Assembly (NCBI GenBank): GCA_030696105.1
Contig: JAUYNJ010000004.1
Coordinates: 141,872-205,871, forward strand
DNA: 64,000 nucleotides
Reading direction: 5' to 3'
From: a bacterium
Lineage (GTDB): Bacteria; Patescibacteriota; Patescibacteriia; Patescibacteriales; UBA12465
Below are positions 46,220 through 56,461 of the stretch, piece after piece. The position numbers and the translations under genes were made by a program. The notes under the pieces were generated by a model. It worked only from the letters and a program-made list of their open reading frames with translations. It was not told the origin of the DNA and made no database searches. Positions within the stretch are counted from its first letter, which is position 1, and each line of letters starts with the position of its first letter.

Positions 46220-48991
46220 TTATTGTCCAAGGCTAATAGTGTTTAAGTCTTTATTAGTAATACCAACGCTTAAATATCTCATGATTTGAAAGGCGAGCTC
46301 GCCGTTACCTAGATAATATCTCTTACCATCTTTCGGATTGATATACCAAGCCTCACCATTTTTATGCACCTGTAATAAAATCCTGCCTTTTTGCTTGTTA
46401 GCGAAATTTAAATCGTAGTTCAAGCGGCCAGTGCCCAGCGGATTAAAGCCGTTCTTCACTTCTTCCCCGTCTAAATAACCGTCATTATCGCTATCGCTAT
46501 CATACGGATTTGTCCCAATCGCTACCTCAAGACCATCAGGCAATAAATCGCCATCGCTATCGACGCCGGCAAAACGGGAATCAACGCCAATTGGTATTTT
46601 TGCTAAATCGGCGTCCGTTGCGCCCACGCCAGCGCTACGCATAATGCCAAAGGCAGCGGCGCCGTTAGACATATAATATCTCTTTAAATCTTTGGGATTG
46701 AGATACCAAGCCTGTCCCTTATCTTCAACTTGCAATAAAATATTGCCAGCCATGCGTTTAGAGATTGCGTCGGCGTTAACTGCGCCAACAGCCACGCTTG
46801 CCGGTTTAGACAAGGCGAATCTTTGTCCGCCCGTAATCTGTTGTGACTTCACCATCTTAATGCTGATATTATTTGTACCACCATTAATTGCCCAGAAAGC
46901 CTGCCCGAATTCACCCTGAGCCTTATCGATATATGAAATTAAGTATGGACCTTCGCCAAGCAAAGCTTCACCTAGACGATTTGCACTGAGCTTTACCGTG
47001 CCGACCTCCTTGTCTTTATAATACCCACCCTTATTCTCATATAAAGAATATACTTTTAGACTTGTGCCGGCGGCGAGTAATTCACCAACAGCGTTAGCGA
47101 GTGTTATCTTAGTTGTATTCAAAACTAAGTCGGAGCGATTTGCCTGCCGATCAACAATGTTTATATTCCAAAATATCGCCTCATTACCAAGCGAATCCTT
47201 AGTAACCGCGGCATAGGTTCCGGCCGGATATTCAAGTTGCACGTTTCCGGAATCGTCAGTCTTACCACTCGTTAGTAATGCTCCTAGCGCTAGCTGACCA
47301 TTATTATTTGCCTGCGTATATAGTTTTACATCTTTACCCGCTTGCGCCTGACCAGCGGCATTACGAAGGGTGAGCGACAAATTACTAAATACGTATTCAA
47401 AAGTCGCATTGCTATCCGCTGAGACGGCAATATTATAGGCATCAAAGACACTCTTACCTGATGAAGCGGAGAAAACATATAAACCGCGTTTATTTAAATC
47501 GTAAGGATGACGCGGGGCGACGTAAACCGTAGCCGCTCCGTCTTCGCCAGTCTTCAAACTTGATATTAAACGCTTCGTATCTTTTACCGGCTTGTTATCG
47601 GCGTCATATGTTTGCTCATAGAGCGAGAAGGAATAATTTTTTTTCAAATTACCACTGCCGTCACGCAAAATAATTCTTAAATATGGCAGGCTTTTGTTCA
47701 TTGTGCGGTCAGCACCACAAACAAAGCGAACGCTGTCAAAGAACCAGAATTCACCGACATCACTTTTTTTCTCGTACACTTTTAAAGCGTAGTTTTTTCT
47801 AGGGTCTGGTTTAAATGAAAGCTCAGCGCGACCGGTCGCACTCGATGTGCCGGCGCCAACCTTTTTCCCGACGGCTGGTCGCCCAAAGGTATCAAGCTCT
47901 TGTTCATATAACTCATATCTAAAACCTGATAAGGGCGAACCATTGATCCCCATTAAATTGAGAATAAATTTTGAACTCGTCTGACAGGTTTCGGTACCCG
48001 CCTGCCAAGTTGTCCCGACATTCCACTCATATTCATTGAGTTGACCGTCATTTATTTCAACGTCCCAGAGATAATCATATTCACCATTACTACCTTTAAC
48101 CCCCAGCACGTAAACGCTCGCCGGATTTTCAAAAATACCGTAACCATCATCAAGGGTTAAAAATTCTCCAATTTTATCACCGCGCACATTATTGTTATTG
48201 CTATCAACGACCTGCTCCCAGACTTCTACCTTCGTCTTTCCTGGAAATAATGCCCCGACCGCCGTACGCAAGGTCACTTTTAAGGCACTGGAATAATAAT
48301 TAACATTAGTCATCTGCCCATCAATGACTTTAATATTATACAAACTAAATTTCTTATTATTCCGCGTTATTTCAAGCACATAATCATCGCTTTGCACGCC
48401 ATCAAGGCTACGGACACTGCCCTGCGGCACATACAGCGAGACGGCTCCCGAGACACCAGTGTTTAAACTAGCGACTAAGTCCTTGGTTTGCTTGACGGCA
48501 TTGCCGTCCGCGTCGTAGCGCTGAGTATAAATACTAAGAGCGGTGTTATATAACAAATTGCCATCGTAATCACGCAAGACGATATTTATGCCGCTTAAAG
48601 TTTTCTCTAAGTTTGCTTGCTGTCCGCAAGACAAATCAAGGCCGTAATACCAGAAGCTTGTATACTCTTTCGTGATTGACTGTATTTTTAAAGCATAGGT
48701 CGCACTCTCGGCGCCACTGTTTCGAAATTTCAAAGTCGCGATACCGGTATTCGCGTTCGCCGTGGCGGATGTGGCTCTTGTGCCTGGCTTAGGATCGCCG
48801 TTTGCATCAGTTACTTGATAATATAATTCCGCCTTAACACCTGGAATATAAGAGCCGCCGCTGTCACGTGCAACCACGTCCAACTGTGTGTCGATGTCAC
48901 ATACAGCCGCGGAAACTTGAGGCGCAGAGACAAATAAATAAAATCCAGCAACAATCAGTGCTAGAGGAAAGATTTTTTTTAGCTTAGTCAT
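46220..48991 (-). CDS. Large secreted surface protein with ~7 beta-rich repeats and a C-terminal repeat/Ca-binding module
   Basis: Signal peptide; repeats L.I.LRD..G.L.....LY.Q..D..; two G.ILLQV...G.AWY.NPKD.KRYY units flanking DSDGD..PD..E...GTNP..DSD.DGY.DG.EV. Confidence 0.85.
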   Translation of the reverse strand: MTKLKKIFPLALIVAGFYLFVSAPQVSAAVCDIDTQLDVVARDSGGSYIPGVKAELYYQVTDANGDPKPGTRATSATANANTGIATLKFRNSGAESATYALKIQSITKEYTSFWYYGLDLSCGQQANLEKTLSGINIVLRDYDGNLLYNTALSIYTQRYDADGNAVKQTKDLVASLNTGVSGAVSLYVPQGSVRSLDGVQSDDYVLEITRNNKKFSLYNIKVIDGQMTNVNYYSSALKVTLRTAVGALFPGKTKVEVWEQVVDSNNNNVRGDKIGEFLTLDDGYGIFENPASVYVLGVKGSNGEYDYLWDVEINDGQLNEYEWNVGTTWQAGTETCQTSSKFILNLMGINGSPLSGFRYELYEQELDTFGRPAVGKKVGAGTSSATGRAELSFKPDPRKNYALKVYEKKSDVGEFWFFDSVRFVCGADRTMNKSLPYLRIILRDGSGNLKKNYSFSLYEQTYDADNKPVKDTKRLISSLKTGEDGAATVYVAPRHPYDLNKRGLYVFSASSGKSVFDAYNIAVSADSNATFEYVFSNLSLTLRNAAGQAQAGKDVKLYTQANNNGQLALGALLTSGKTDDSGNVQLEYPAGTYAAVTKDSLGNEAIFWNINIVDRQANRSDLVLNTTKITLANAVGELLAAGTSLKVYSLYENKGGYYKDKEVGTVKLSANRLGEALLGEGPYLISYIDKAQGEFGQAFWAINGGTNNISIKMVKSQQITGGQRFALSKPASVAVGAVNADAISKRMAGNILLQVEDKGQAWYLNPKDLKRYYMSNGAAAFGIMRSAGVGATDADLAKIPIGVDSRFAGVDSDGDLLPDGLEVAIGTNPYDSDSDNDGYLDGEEVKNGFNPLGTGRLNYDLNFANKQKGRILLQVHKNGEAWYINPKDGKRYYLGNGELAFQIMRYLSVGITNKDLNTISLGQ

Positions 48992-49067
48992 AATACCTTA
49001 TATAATAATCCTTATTTTACGTACAACGCTTTAATTATACCACATTGCGCCTGCTTCCGCCAAACGA

Positions 49068-49092
49068 AAAACAGGCTGTATTAGCCTGTTTT
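49068..49092 (-). terminator. Intrinsic terminator
   Basis: AAAACAGGCT-GTATT-AGCCTGTTTT, 8 bp past the 49100 stop. Confidence 0.8.
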
Positions 49093-49099
49093 ATTATGC

Positions 49100-50449
49100 T
49101 TAGGGCAAGATGAATTCTTCTTCTAAATTATATATTTCTGTCGGCAGCGAGAGCTCATAAGTTCGCCCGGTCACCCGGCTGCGCTCGAGGGTCAGATTAA
49201 CACTGCGGGGAGCTTCGTAGTCGGTACCAAGAATGGCGCTGACGCTTAAGTCGACGCTAGTCCCGGCCGGAATGCGGAGGTAATTTACATCAAAGACAAT
49301 GCGATTACTTTCCATTCTTCGCGCCGTTGCCACTACCCGCTCGCCCTGCTTTAACTTAAATGACTCTAAGTCTCGACGGGAAGCGCTTCCACTATTTCTA
49401 AATACTAATTCTTTAATATATACGTCTTCCCGCCCGCTTGTTTCGGTAATGGTAAATTTACCGAGATTTTTCTGAGTACCGGCCCCATTCAGACTCTGCT
49501 CATCAACACGAGTGGAGCCAAGAATTTGTCCGGCTTCAATCATTTTAAACTCACTACTATGCAGCGGAAAAGCGCCCGTCGCTAAATGCGTTGCCTCGAC
49601 ACTACTAGCGTCAACAAGGGTAAAGCGCAAATTTTGATTGGCGACACCGGCAATATTATATAAATTAAGCATCACTTTTAATTCCAGAGTGCTGTTGGGG
49701 GTAATTGTGGCCTCATTCGGATTAACATGAAGCACGAGGGTGCGATCACGTAAACTCTTGCCACCGCGGACACGTTCGCCCGTTACGCTGTTTAATAAAT
49801 ATACTTCATCAATTAAGGCATCGTTGAATAAACCTTCTAACTTGAAGGTGAGACGCTGCAAGCTTGCGCCTTCATTTCCGGCAGACAGGCGAATAATCAT
49901 TACATTATTATCAGCCGTTCCCGGAACAAGCACCTGACCATAATTGGCGTTGCGCACTAAGACTTGTGAAACGTTAAGGCCCTCAGTTTTATCTAAACCA
50001 GCCGACTGATATGTTTCCGTTTCCTCATATTGTGATAATTCAAAGTCAGACACAGTAATCGGGGACACCATTTCTAAATTATAGTTGCGCAAATCATCAA
50101 GTCCATTAATACGCACCTTCTTACCAGAACTAATATAATATAAGTCCTTACTGCCCTCAGTTTTAATAAGGCGCGCTTCGGCCCATTTACTTAACTCTTC
50201 CGGGCTAATCGTTTTAACATCATTAAAATCATTGCCGTAATCTAAAAATACAGCCTCGTTGATATAGACTTTTCGTTGCCCCGTTGCGTGATTTAGGTAA
50301 TATACGGCCGGATTTCCTGGCACTTTTACTTGCGTAATATCCGGACTTAAGGCACTTACTTCCCTAATATTAAGGAAAAGGACCACAATAAACAGGCCAA
50401 TGAGGCCGATTGAGGTGGAAAAAACCTTGTTTCTATTTAATTTAAGCAT
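49100..50449 (-). CDS. Secreted/surface protein with N-terminal paired repeat and Ig-like beta domains
   Basis: Signal anchor; VKVPGNPAVYYL...RK / LIKTEGSKDLYYI..GKK repeat pair, then beta-rich domains. Confidence 0.8.
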   Translation of the reverse strand: MLKLNRNKVFSTSIGLIGLFIVVLFLNIREVSALSPDITQVKVPGNPAVYYLNHATGQRKVYINEAVFLDYGNDFNDVKTISPEELSKWAEARLIKTEGSKDLYYISSGKKVRINGLDDLRNYNLEMVSPITVSDFELSQYEETETYQSAGLDKTEGLNVSQVLVRNANYGQVLVPGTADNNVMIIRLSAGNEGASLQRLTFKLEGLFNDALIDEVYLLNSVTGERVRGGKSLRDRTLVLHVNPNEATITPNSTLELKVMLNLYNIAGVANQNLRFTLVDASSVEATHLATGAFPLHSSEFKMIEAGQILGSTRVDEQSLNGAGTQKNLGKFTITETSGREDVYIKELVFRNSGSASRRDLESFKLKQGERVVATARRMESNRIVFDVNYLRIPAGTSVDLSVSAILGTDYEAPRSVNLTLERSRVTGRTYELSLPTEIYNLEEEFILP

Positions 50450-50486
50450 AATTTTATCAATTTATAGACACTTTCGACTTAGTCCA

Positions 50487-50515
50487 AGTATAGCACATTT
50501 ATATATACTTGTCAA
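50487..50515 (-). promoter_or_regulatory. Near-consensus sigma70 promoter of the 49100-50449 gene
   Basis: Minus strand TTGACA-17 bp-TATACT with extended -10 TGC. Confidence 0.7.
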
Positions 50516-50576
50516 GGTATGGTGAGCAATAAGTAATTGCTTTTCGGTTCGCTTGTGCTATCATTTAAGCATAAAT

Positions 50577-51914
50577 ATGAAACATCAAATCAAAAAATTC
50601 ATCTTTCTGCTCGGTGATTTATTTGTGTTACACGCCGCTCTCGCCCTGACTTTGTTCGTCCGCTACCGTCTCATTGGTGGCGTTGGTGGCGTCGCCCCCT
50701 ATTGGCAGGCTCACTGGGGATATTTCGCCGGCGTATTTGTTATCTTCATCCTCTCTTTCTATATTAATGACCTATACAGCTTGCGGCGCATGGCCTCGGC
50801 TCGTCTTTTTGCTAAGCAGACGATTAATAGTGTCATTGCCGCCTCCCTGCTCGCCGTCATCTATTTCTACATCTACCCCCGCGTTGATATTGCCCCAAAA
50901 ACCAACCTCGCCATCTTCGCTGTCATTGCCTTTATCGGCTTTTTGATTTGGCGTCGCCTCGCTTTTTGGATGACGCAAACTGATACCTGGCAAAATAATC
51001 TCGGCATCATTGGTTATAATGAGGAGGCAGCCGCTTTAATTGCCGACTTACAAAGCCGCCCCAGCCTTGGTTATCAAACAGCACTTGTCTTTCGTAGTTT
51101 AGAAGACTTGCATCAGCTCGAAACACAGATAAGAGAGAAAAACATTCGCACGCTAGTGCTGGTTGATGATTTTGAGAGTAATCCCGAACTGCGCCAAGCC
51201 TTATTTGCCTTATTACGTCATCAAGTAACATATTTTTCCTACGAAGATTTTTACGAAATGCTAAATCAGAAGGTGCCGGTCGCCAGTATTAATCAGAACT
51301 GGTTTTTAGAGAATTTAAGGGAGGGTGAAAAGAAATATTTTGATAGCATAAAGAGATTGAGTGATCTTGCTCTCGCTTTTTTTGGCTTAATAATTTCGCT
51401 GCCCTTCTGGCCCCTTATTGCCGTCCTCGTAAAGCTCGGCAGTCGCGGGCCGGTATTCTTTACTCAAAACCGAGTCGGCAAAAATGGCTTGATTTTCAAA
51501 TTATATAAGTTCCGTTCCATGCGGGTCGCTAATAATGATTTTGCGATGACGACTGAAAATGATGCCCGCATTAGCGCGAGCGGCCGCTTCCTGCGCACTT
51601 CACGGCTTGATGAGATCCCACAGCTATTAAATATTATTAAGGGCGAGATGAGCTTTATCGGCCCACGTCCCGAGAGACCGGAATTATCGACTGAACTAGA
51701 AGAGAAAGTTCCCTTCTATACAACGAGACTACTCATTAAACCCGGACTAACAGGCTGGGATCAGATATCGGGTGAATATCATTCCCCGAGCATTGAAGAC
51801 ACTTTAAAGAAATTACAAAACGACCTGTACTACATCAAGCACCGGTCGCTATACTTAGACTTCTCGATTATTCTCAAGACGGTTGCTACTGTCTTGGGGA
51901 GAAGGGGGAGGTAA
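50577..51914 (+). CDS. Priming polyprenyl glycosylphosphotransferase (WcaJ/WbaP-like sugar transferase)
   Basis: N-terminal TMs, KRLSDL, GPVFFTQNRVG, YKFRSM, RLDEIPQL.NI.KGEMS.IGPRPE, KPGLTGWDQ, DLYYI; start MKHQIKK at 50577. Confidence 0.93.
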   Translation: MKHQIKKFIFLLGDLFVLHAALALTLFVRYRLIGGVGGVAPYWQAHWGYFAGVFVIFILSFYINDLYSLRRMASARLFAKQTINSVIAASLLAVIYFYIYPRVDIAPKTNLAIFAVIAFIGFLIWRRLAFWMTQTDTWQNNLGIIGYNEEAAALIADLQSRPSLGYQTALVFRSLEDLHQLETQIREKNIRTLVLVDDFESNPELRQALFALLRHQVTYFSYEDFYEMLNQKVPVASINQNWFLENLREGEKKYFDSIKRLSDLALAFFGLIISLPFWPLIAVLVKLGSRGPVFFTQNRVGKNGLIFKLYKFRSMRVANNDFAMTTENDARISASGRFLRTSRLDEIPQLLNIIKGEMSFIGPRPERPELSTELEEKVPFYTTRLLIKPGLTGWDQISGEYHSPSIEDTLKKLQNDLYYIKHRSLYLDFSIILKTVATVLGRRGR

Positions 51915-51964
51915 ATTGAAAGTTATAATTATAAAATTTTGAAATAACTATCCATGTAAACCAT

Positions 51965-52630
51965 ATGATACTTCGTAAGTTAAAAAAAATATTGTTACGA
52001 CCCAGTATTTTAAGTAATTATATAAAATACAAAATACTTTCAATTTTTGCAAAAAAAACTCTCAACTCAGGCGAGAGATATGATCCGAAATTATTTCGCG
52101 CTGTCAGACTTTCTGACAACACGCAAGAAATAAGGTATACATTTCTAAAAAAGCACATCAGTCGGAATGACTCTGTACTCGATATTTCATGCGGAACTGG
52201 TTATGGAACAAAAATTATTTCAGGCTACTGTAACAAGGTGAGAGGTTATGATATTTCATCATCAGCAATCGCTTACGCTACACGTCATTATGCGGGTGAT
52301 AATGTCAATTTTTTTGTTAGTGATTTTTTTCAAATAAACGACCACGCGGACATAGTTGTATCATTTGAGACGATTGAGCATATTAAGGCTGATTTAGACT
52401 TAATTCTTCAGAGACTAAAGAGTTTGTGCTCAAAAAAAGTGATTATAAGTGCGCCTTATATGGAAATGGAAGGTATAAATAAACATCATTATCATTCACA
52501 GATAAATGAAAAGACATTCTCATCGCTTGGAGATAACTTAGAATTTTACTATCAGACAAAAGATGGTATTTATGAAGAAAAACCTGAGGAAATAAGCATA
52601 CAAAATATCATAGTTATTAAAAATTTCTAG
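51965..52630 (+). CDS. Class I SAM-dependent methyltransferase
   Basis: VLDISCGTGYG, GYDIS, DIVVSFETIEHI. Confidence 0.88.
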   Translation: MILRKLKKILLRPSILSNYIKYKILSIFAKKTLNSGERYDPKLFRAVRLSDNTQEIRYTFLKKHISRNDSVLDISCGTGYGTKIISGYCNKVRGYDISSSAIAYATRHYAGDNVNFFVSDFFQINDHADIVVSFETIEHIKADLDLILQRLKSLCSKKVIISAPYMEMEGINKHHYHSQINEKTFSSLGDNLEFYYQTKDGIYEEKPEEISIQNIIVIKNF

Positions 52631-52632
52631 CT

Positions 52633-53550
52633 ATGTCGGATAACAGCATCACAATTACTTTTCCTTGTTTTAACCAACCGGAATTACTCAAAGAGGCTGT
52701 AAAGCAACTTGAGGACTATCAATCGGTAAGAAAAGTAATAATTGACGATTGCAGCCCTTTATCATATAAAGACTTCGAATGCGAGGAATGTAACATTGAA
52801 TATGTAAGAAATGAAGTAAATCTCGGAGCGATAAATAATATGATAAAGTGTATTTTTTTTGAAAGCAAAACGGATTACATTATATGTCACCACGAAGATG
52901 ACGCACTTCATAAGGAATATTTGAAAATTGCGATAGACTTATTAGATGCAGACCAAAGTTTGGCGTTTGTGACATGCGAATCAATGCTGTTTACTAACTC
53001 GATTCCGGCCAACAAGGAAATAACAAGAACTGCTGTAAAAAAAATGGATAGGCATACTTTTGTTATGTTTGCAGCAGAGAATAATAACTTTGCTTTTGGG
53101 TCAACAGTATATAGGAGAAAATTCCTAGACAATAGCAAGGTAAACCTCAGGGATTATTCCATGCTTTTTGACAGACCTTTTCTGGCAGATCTACTTTCTG
53201 AGAACATTCATGGAGCCGTTATCTCTGATCCATTATATTTTTACAGACATCACCCTTATCCAGATAATCGGTGGAAGGGTTTAAAAATTACAAATATTTA
53301 TAATTTATATAAGTTCTATAGGGATGGCGGTGGCACTAAACTTGTTTCAAGATATTTTTTCGATTTTGCTGGACTGGATAATAAGACTTTTCCAGACTAT
53401 ATCTTTTTTATTAAAACATTACCTGAGCTAATAACTCCCGGTATTCCCCGTATACAGTCTTTAAAGTATTTTTCAGCCGCTGTTTTCATTATGCTTTTTG
53501 GCAAAAAGCAATATAGCCTCGTCTTTAATAGACTTAAAAAGATCCAATGA
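52633..53550 (+). CDS. GT2 glycosyltransferase
   Basis: FPCFN, IIDDCS, RNEVNLG..NN, HHEDD, YFYRHH. Confidence 0.85.
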   Translation: MSDNSITITFPCFNQPELLKEAVKQLEDYQSVRKVIIDDCSPLSYKDFECEECNIEYVRNEVNLGAINNMIKCIFFESKTDYIICHHEDDALHKEYLKIAIDLLDADQSLAFVTCESMLFTNSIPANKEITRTAVKKMDRHTFVMFAAENNNFAFGSTVYRRKFLDNSKVNLRDYSMLFDRPFLADLLSENIHGAVISDPLYFYRHHPYPDNRWKGLKITNIYNLYKFYRDGGGTKLVSRYFFDFAGLDNKTFPDYIFFIKTLPELITPGIPRIQSLKYFSAAVFIMLFGKKQYSLVFNRLKKIQ

Positions 53551-53644
53551 TTGTTCAACGTAAATAGAGGCTATTAATTTTGTAAAGCTGCCACTTCTTT
53601 ATCTGGCGAGGCCACAACTGTTCTAAATCATTAACTTAAGAAAG

Positions 53645-54412
53645 ATGCAAAAAATAAAAAACATAATCAAGTCGGTAATATCTATAACATATTTCCCATG
53701 GTTGGTGACCGTTGCTTTAAGGAAATTAGTAAAGTCAACGAATAGTATTAACTTTACGCCTGAAGAGGCATACAATTGGACAGAACAATTCAGGGTAGGC
53801 CCCATTGTCAGAGGGTTTAATATAAATTTCCGTTCCTCACAAATCAAAGAAGAGATTATAAGTTTAATGACCGAAGTTAGAGAAAGAGCGCCTAGAATAG
53901 TTCTTGAAATCGGCACCGCCACGGGTGGCACCCTCTTTATGCTGGCGAAAGCAGCTGCGCCTGATGCAAAGATAATCAGCATCGACCTGCCATTTGGTCG
54001 CTATGGGGCGGGCTACCTTAAATATAGAATACCACTCATGCAAGCCTTTGCCAGCTCAAACCAGACATTAGAACTTTTACGACTTGACTCCCACTCTCAA
54101 GAAACTATTAATGAGTTAAAAGAAATAATCGGAGATGAAAAAATAGATTTCTTATTTATTGATGGAGACCATAGCTATGAGGGCGTAAAATCTGATTTTG
54201 AAAATTACTATCCCTTAGTAAAACCTGGAGGGTTAATTGCATTCCACGATATTGTAACTAACGATTTAGATCCCTCATTCGGCACTCAGCGCTTTTGGCA
54301 GGAAATAAAGGGGCGTTTTGAACATAAGGAATATATAAAAGAAAATCGTGGCAATAGCGGTTGTGGGATAGGTCTAATCAAAAAACCCGCAATCACTATC
54401 AAACAAATATGA
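53645..54412 (+). CDS. Class I SAM-dependent O-methyltransferase (Methyltransf_24-like)
   Basis: VLEIGTATGGT, ISIDLP, DFLFIDGDHSYEGV..DF, GGLIAFHD. Confidence 0.88.
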   Translation: MQKIKNIIKSVISITYFPWLVTVALRKLVKSTNSINFTPEEAYNWTEQFRVGPIVRGFNINFRSSQIKEEIISLMTEVRERAPRIVLEIGTATGGTLFMLAKAAAPDAKIISIDLPFGRYGAGYLKYRIPLMQAFASSNQTLELLRLDSHSQETINELKEIIGDEKIDFLFIDGDHSYEGVKSDFENYYPLVKPGGLIAFHDIVTNDLDPSFGTQRFWQEIKGRFEHKEYIKENRGNSGCGIGLIKKPAITIKQI

Positions 54413-55334
54413 GCGAATCCTTTGAAACACCCATCCTTTTCTTAATATTCAATCGTCCCCTGGAAACAGCTGCGATTTGGGATAGACTAAGGGAAATCAA
54501 ACCTAAAAATCTTTATATTGCCGCCGACGGACCACGACCTAAAACCACCAAGACGAGTTATCTTGTGCCGCCACCCGAAAGATTGTAACCGAAGGTTTAG
54601 ATTGGGACTGCACCCCTCGTTATCTATTTAGAGAATCAAATCTAGGCTGTGGCCAAGCTATTCAGTCGGCGATTTCCTGGTTTTTCGAGCAGGTTCCTGC
54701 TGGAATAATTTTAGAAGATGACTGTCTTCCCCACAATGATTTTTTTGCTTTTTGCGAGCAGCTACTAGAACGATATCATAATCAAGATGAAGTATTCTTA
54801 ATTAGCGGCATTAGTGTGCCTAGTGTTTTTCAGGAGGCACCTGAGGCTGATTATTTTTTTACCTATATTCCTAGCGTTTGGGGCTGGGCGACATGGAAAC
54901 GCTCATGGGATAAATATGATTTTCATCTTACTACTTTCGACGAATATGATAAGTCTAGAGATATTGAGAAGATTTTTCCTAAACGAAGTCATCAAAAATA
55001 TTGGTTAAACTATTTTTATGAAATTAAAAATAGGAAGATAAATAACTGGGATTACCAATTAGCATATACTTCCTTCAAAAATAAGGGTCTCTGCATCCGT
55101 CCTCGCGTTAATTTAGTTCAAAATCTGGGTATGACTCTTACCAATGGGAAGAGCAAGACGTTGGAGTGCTCTTATCCCTTAACTATCACGACTCATCCCG
55201 ATATTGCGAGGCCAGACAGAAGCGCTGATTTAGCTATCATGAAAGCATTGACTGCGCCATTGCATCAATTTAAATTCTTTTTAAAAAAGGTTGGATTATT
55301 TTACATCCTGAAAAAAATATATAAAAAACTATGA
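54409..55334 (+). pseudogene. Nucleotide-diphospho-sugar transferase (GT-A) with one frameshift
   Basis: PILFLIFNRP...YIAADGPR in one frame; NLGCG...AISWFF...IILEDDC...WGWATWKRSW continues in the -1 frame from the A run at 54541-54544. Confidence 0.85.
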
Positions 55335-56461
55335 GGCTTGGGGTATTCTTAGAAAACTTCACCGCGACAGAATTAACAAAAGACCCCGGTCTAATTACCT
55401 TGGGGTTGATTGAGGAAGGAATCGACGTAAAGGTGTTTTCACATCATGCAGCCACTGAAGTTAGCCGCATATTTTCGACCTCTATACTGAGCGAAGCTCA
55501 ACGCAATGAACCAAATTATTGGAAAGAGTCCGAAATTGACTCCCTGATAATATACTCTTGGCTGTCTCTGCGTTATTCTAAAATGATATCGGCAGCGAAG
55601 GAAGCGGGGGTAAGAGTGATTTTAAAATTAGATTCAGATGGATATTTGATATATCCGTTAAAGCCAAGCTACCTGAAAGTATTCGGATTAAACAAAGGGA
55701 TTGCCTCAAAGATGGTTCATCTTGTACGGATGGCTCAATGGACACTCTTCCCACGAATTATCAGCAGAATAAAAATAAAGCAAATTCAAACCAGCGATGC
55801 TGTTATTATTGAAACTCCGGTCGCAGCAGACAATTTAAAAAAATCTCTTCTCTTTTGGAAACGAGAGGATTTAATCGACAAAATTAAAATCATCCCGAAC
55901 CCCGTTTCGAACTGGCCCAAGGATATCACTACTAAACAAAATATAATAACTGCTATTGGGCGATGGGATGACACGAGAAAGAATGCGACGGCTCTGGTTA
56001 GGACGCTTTCAGGTTTGAAGTGTGATTGGCAAATACATTTAATCGGGAATGGATCAGAGAAATTAGCAGCACAAATTCTTGAAAAAAACCCAAGAACTAA
56101 TATTCGCTCATCTGAAAAAAAACCCCACACCGAAGTTTTCCAGGATCTTGCGGAAACTAAAATACTCTTTGCCCCATCAGTCGCCGAAAGCTATAACCTT
56201 GCTGTTGCGGAAAGCCTTTGTTGCGGCTGTTCATTTGTAGGCGGACCCCTCACAAGCTTTCAGTATTTCTCAAACAACGGTTTTAGCGGTCGCCTCACAT
56301 CTGACCTAAAAACAGAATCCTTTATTGAAGCCTTATACGATGAAATAAATAAATGGAATAGTGAAGATTACGACCCCGCAATCATAGCGTCATATTGGCA
56401 AAAAGAACTAAGCCCCTCTCGGATTAGTCGAATAATAATCGATATAATGGCCTCTTTATGA
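55331..56461 (+). CDS. GT4-like glycosyltransferase
   Basis: IIPNPV, AIGRWDD..KN, APSVAESYNLAVAESLCCG (EX7E). Confidence 0.82.
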   Translation: MRLGVFLENFTATELTKDPGLITLGLIEEGIDVKVFSHHAATEVSRIFSTSILSEAQRNEPNYWKESEIDSLIIYSWLSLRYSKMISAAKEAGVRVILKLDSDGYLIYPLKPSYLKVFGLNKGIASKMVHLVRMAQWTLFPRIISRIKIKQIQTSDAVIIETPVAADNLKKSLLFWKREDLIDKIKIIPNPVSNWPKDITTKQNIITAIGRWDDTRKNATALVRTLSGLKCDWQIHLIGNGSEKLAAQILEKNPRTNIRSSEKKPHTEVFQDLAETKILFAPSVAESYNLAVAESLCCGCSFVGGPLTSFQYFSNNGFSGRLTSDLKTESFIEALYDEINKWNSEDYDPAIIASYWQKELSPSRISRIIIDIMASL

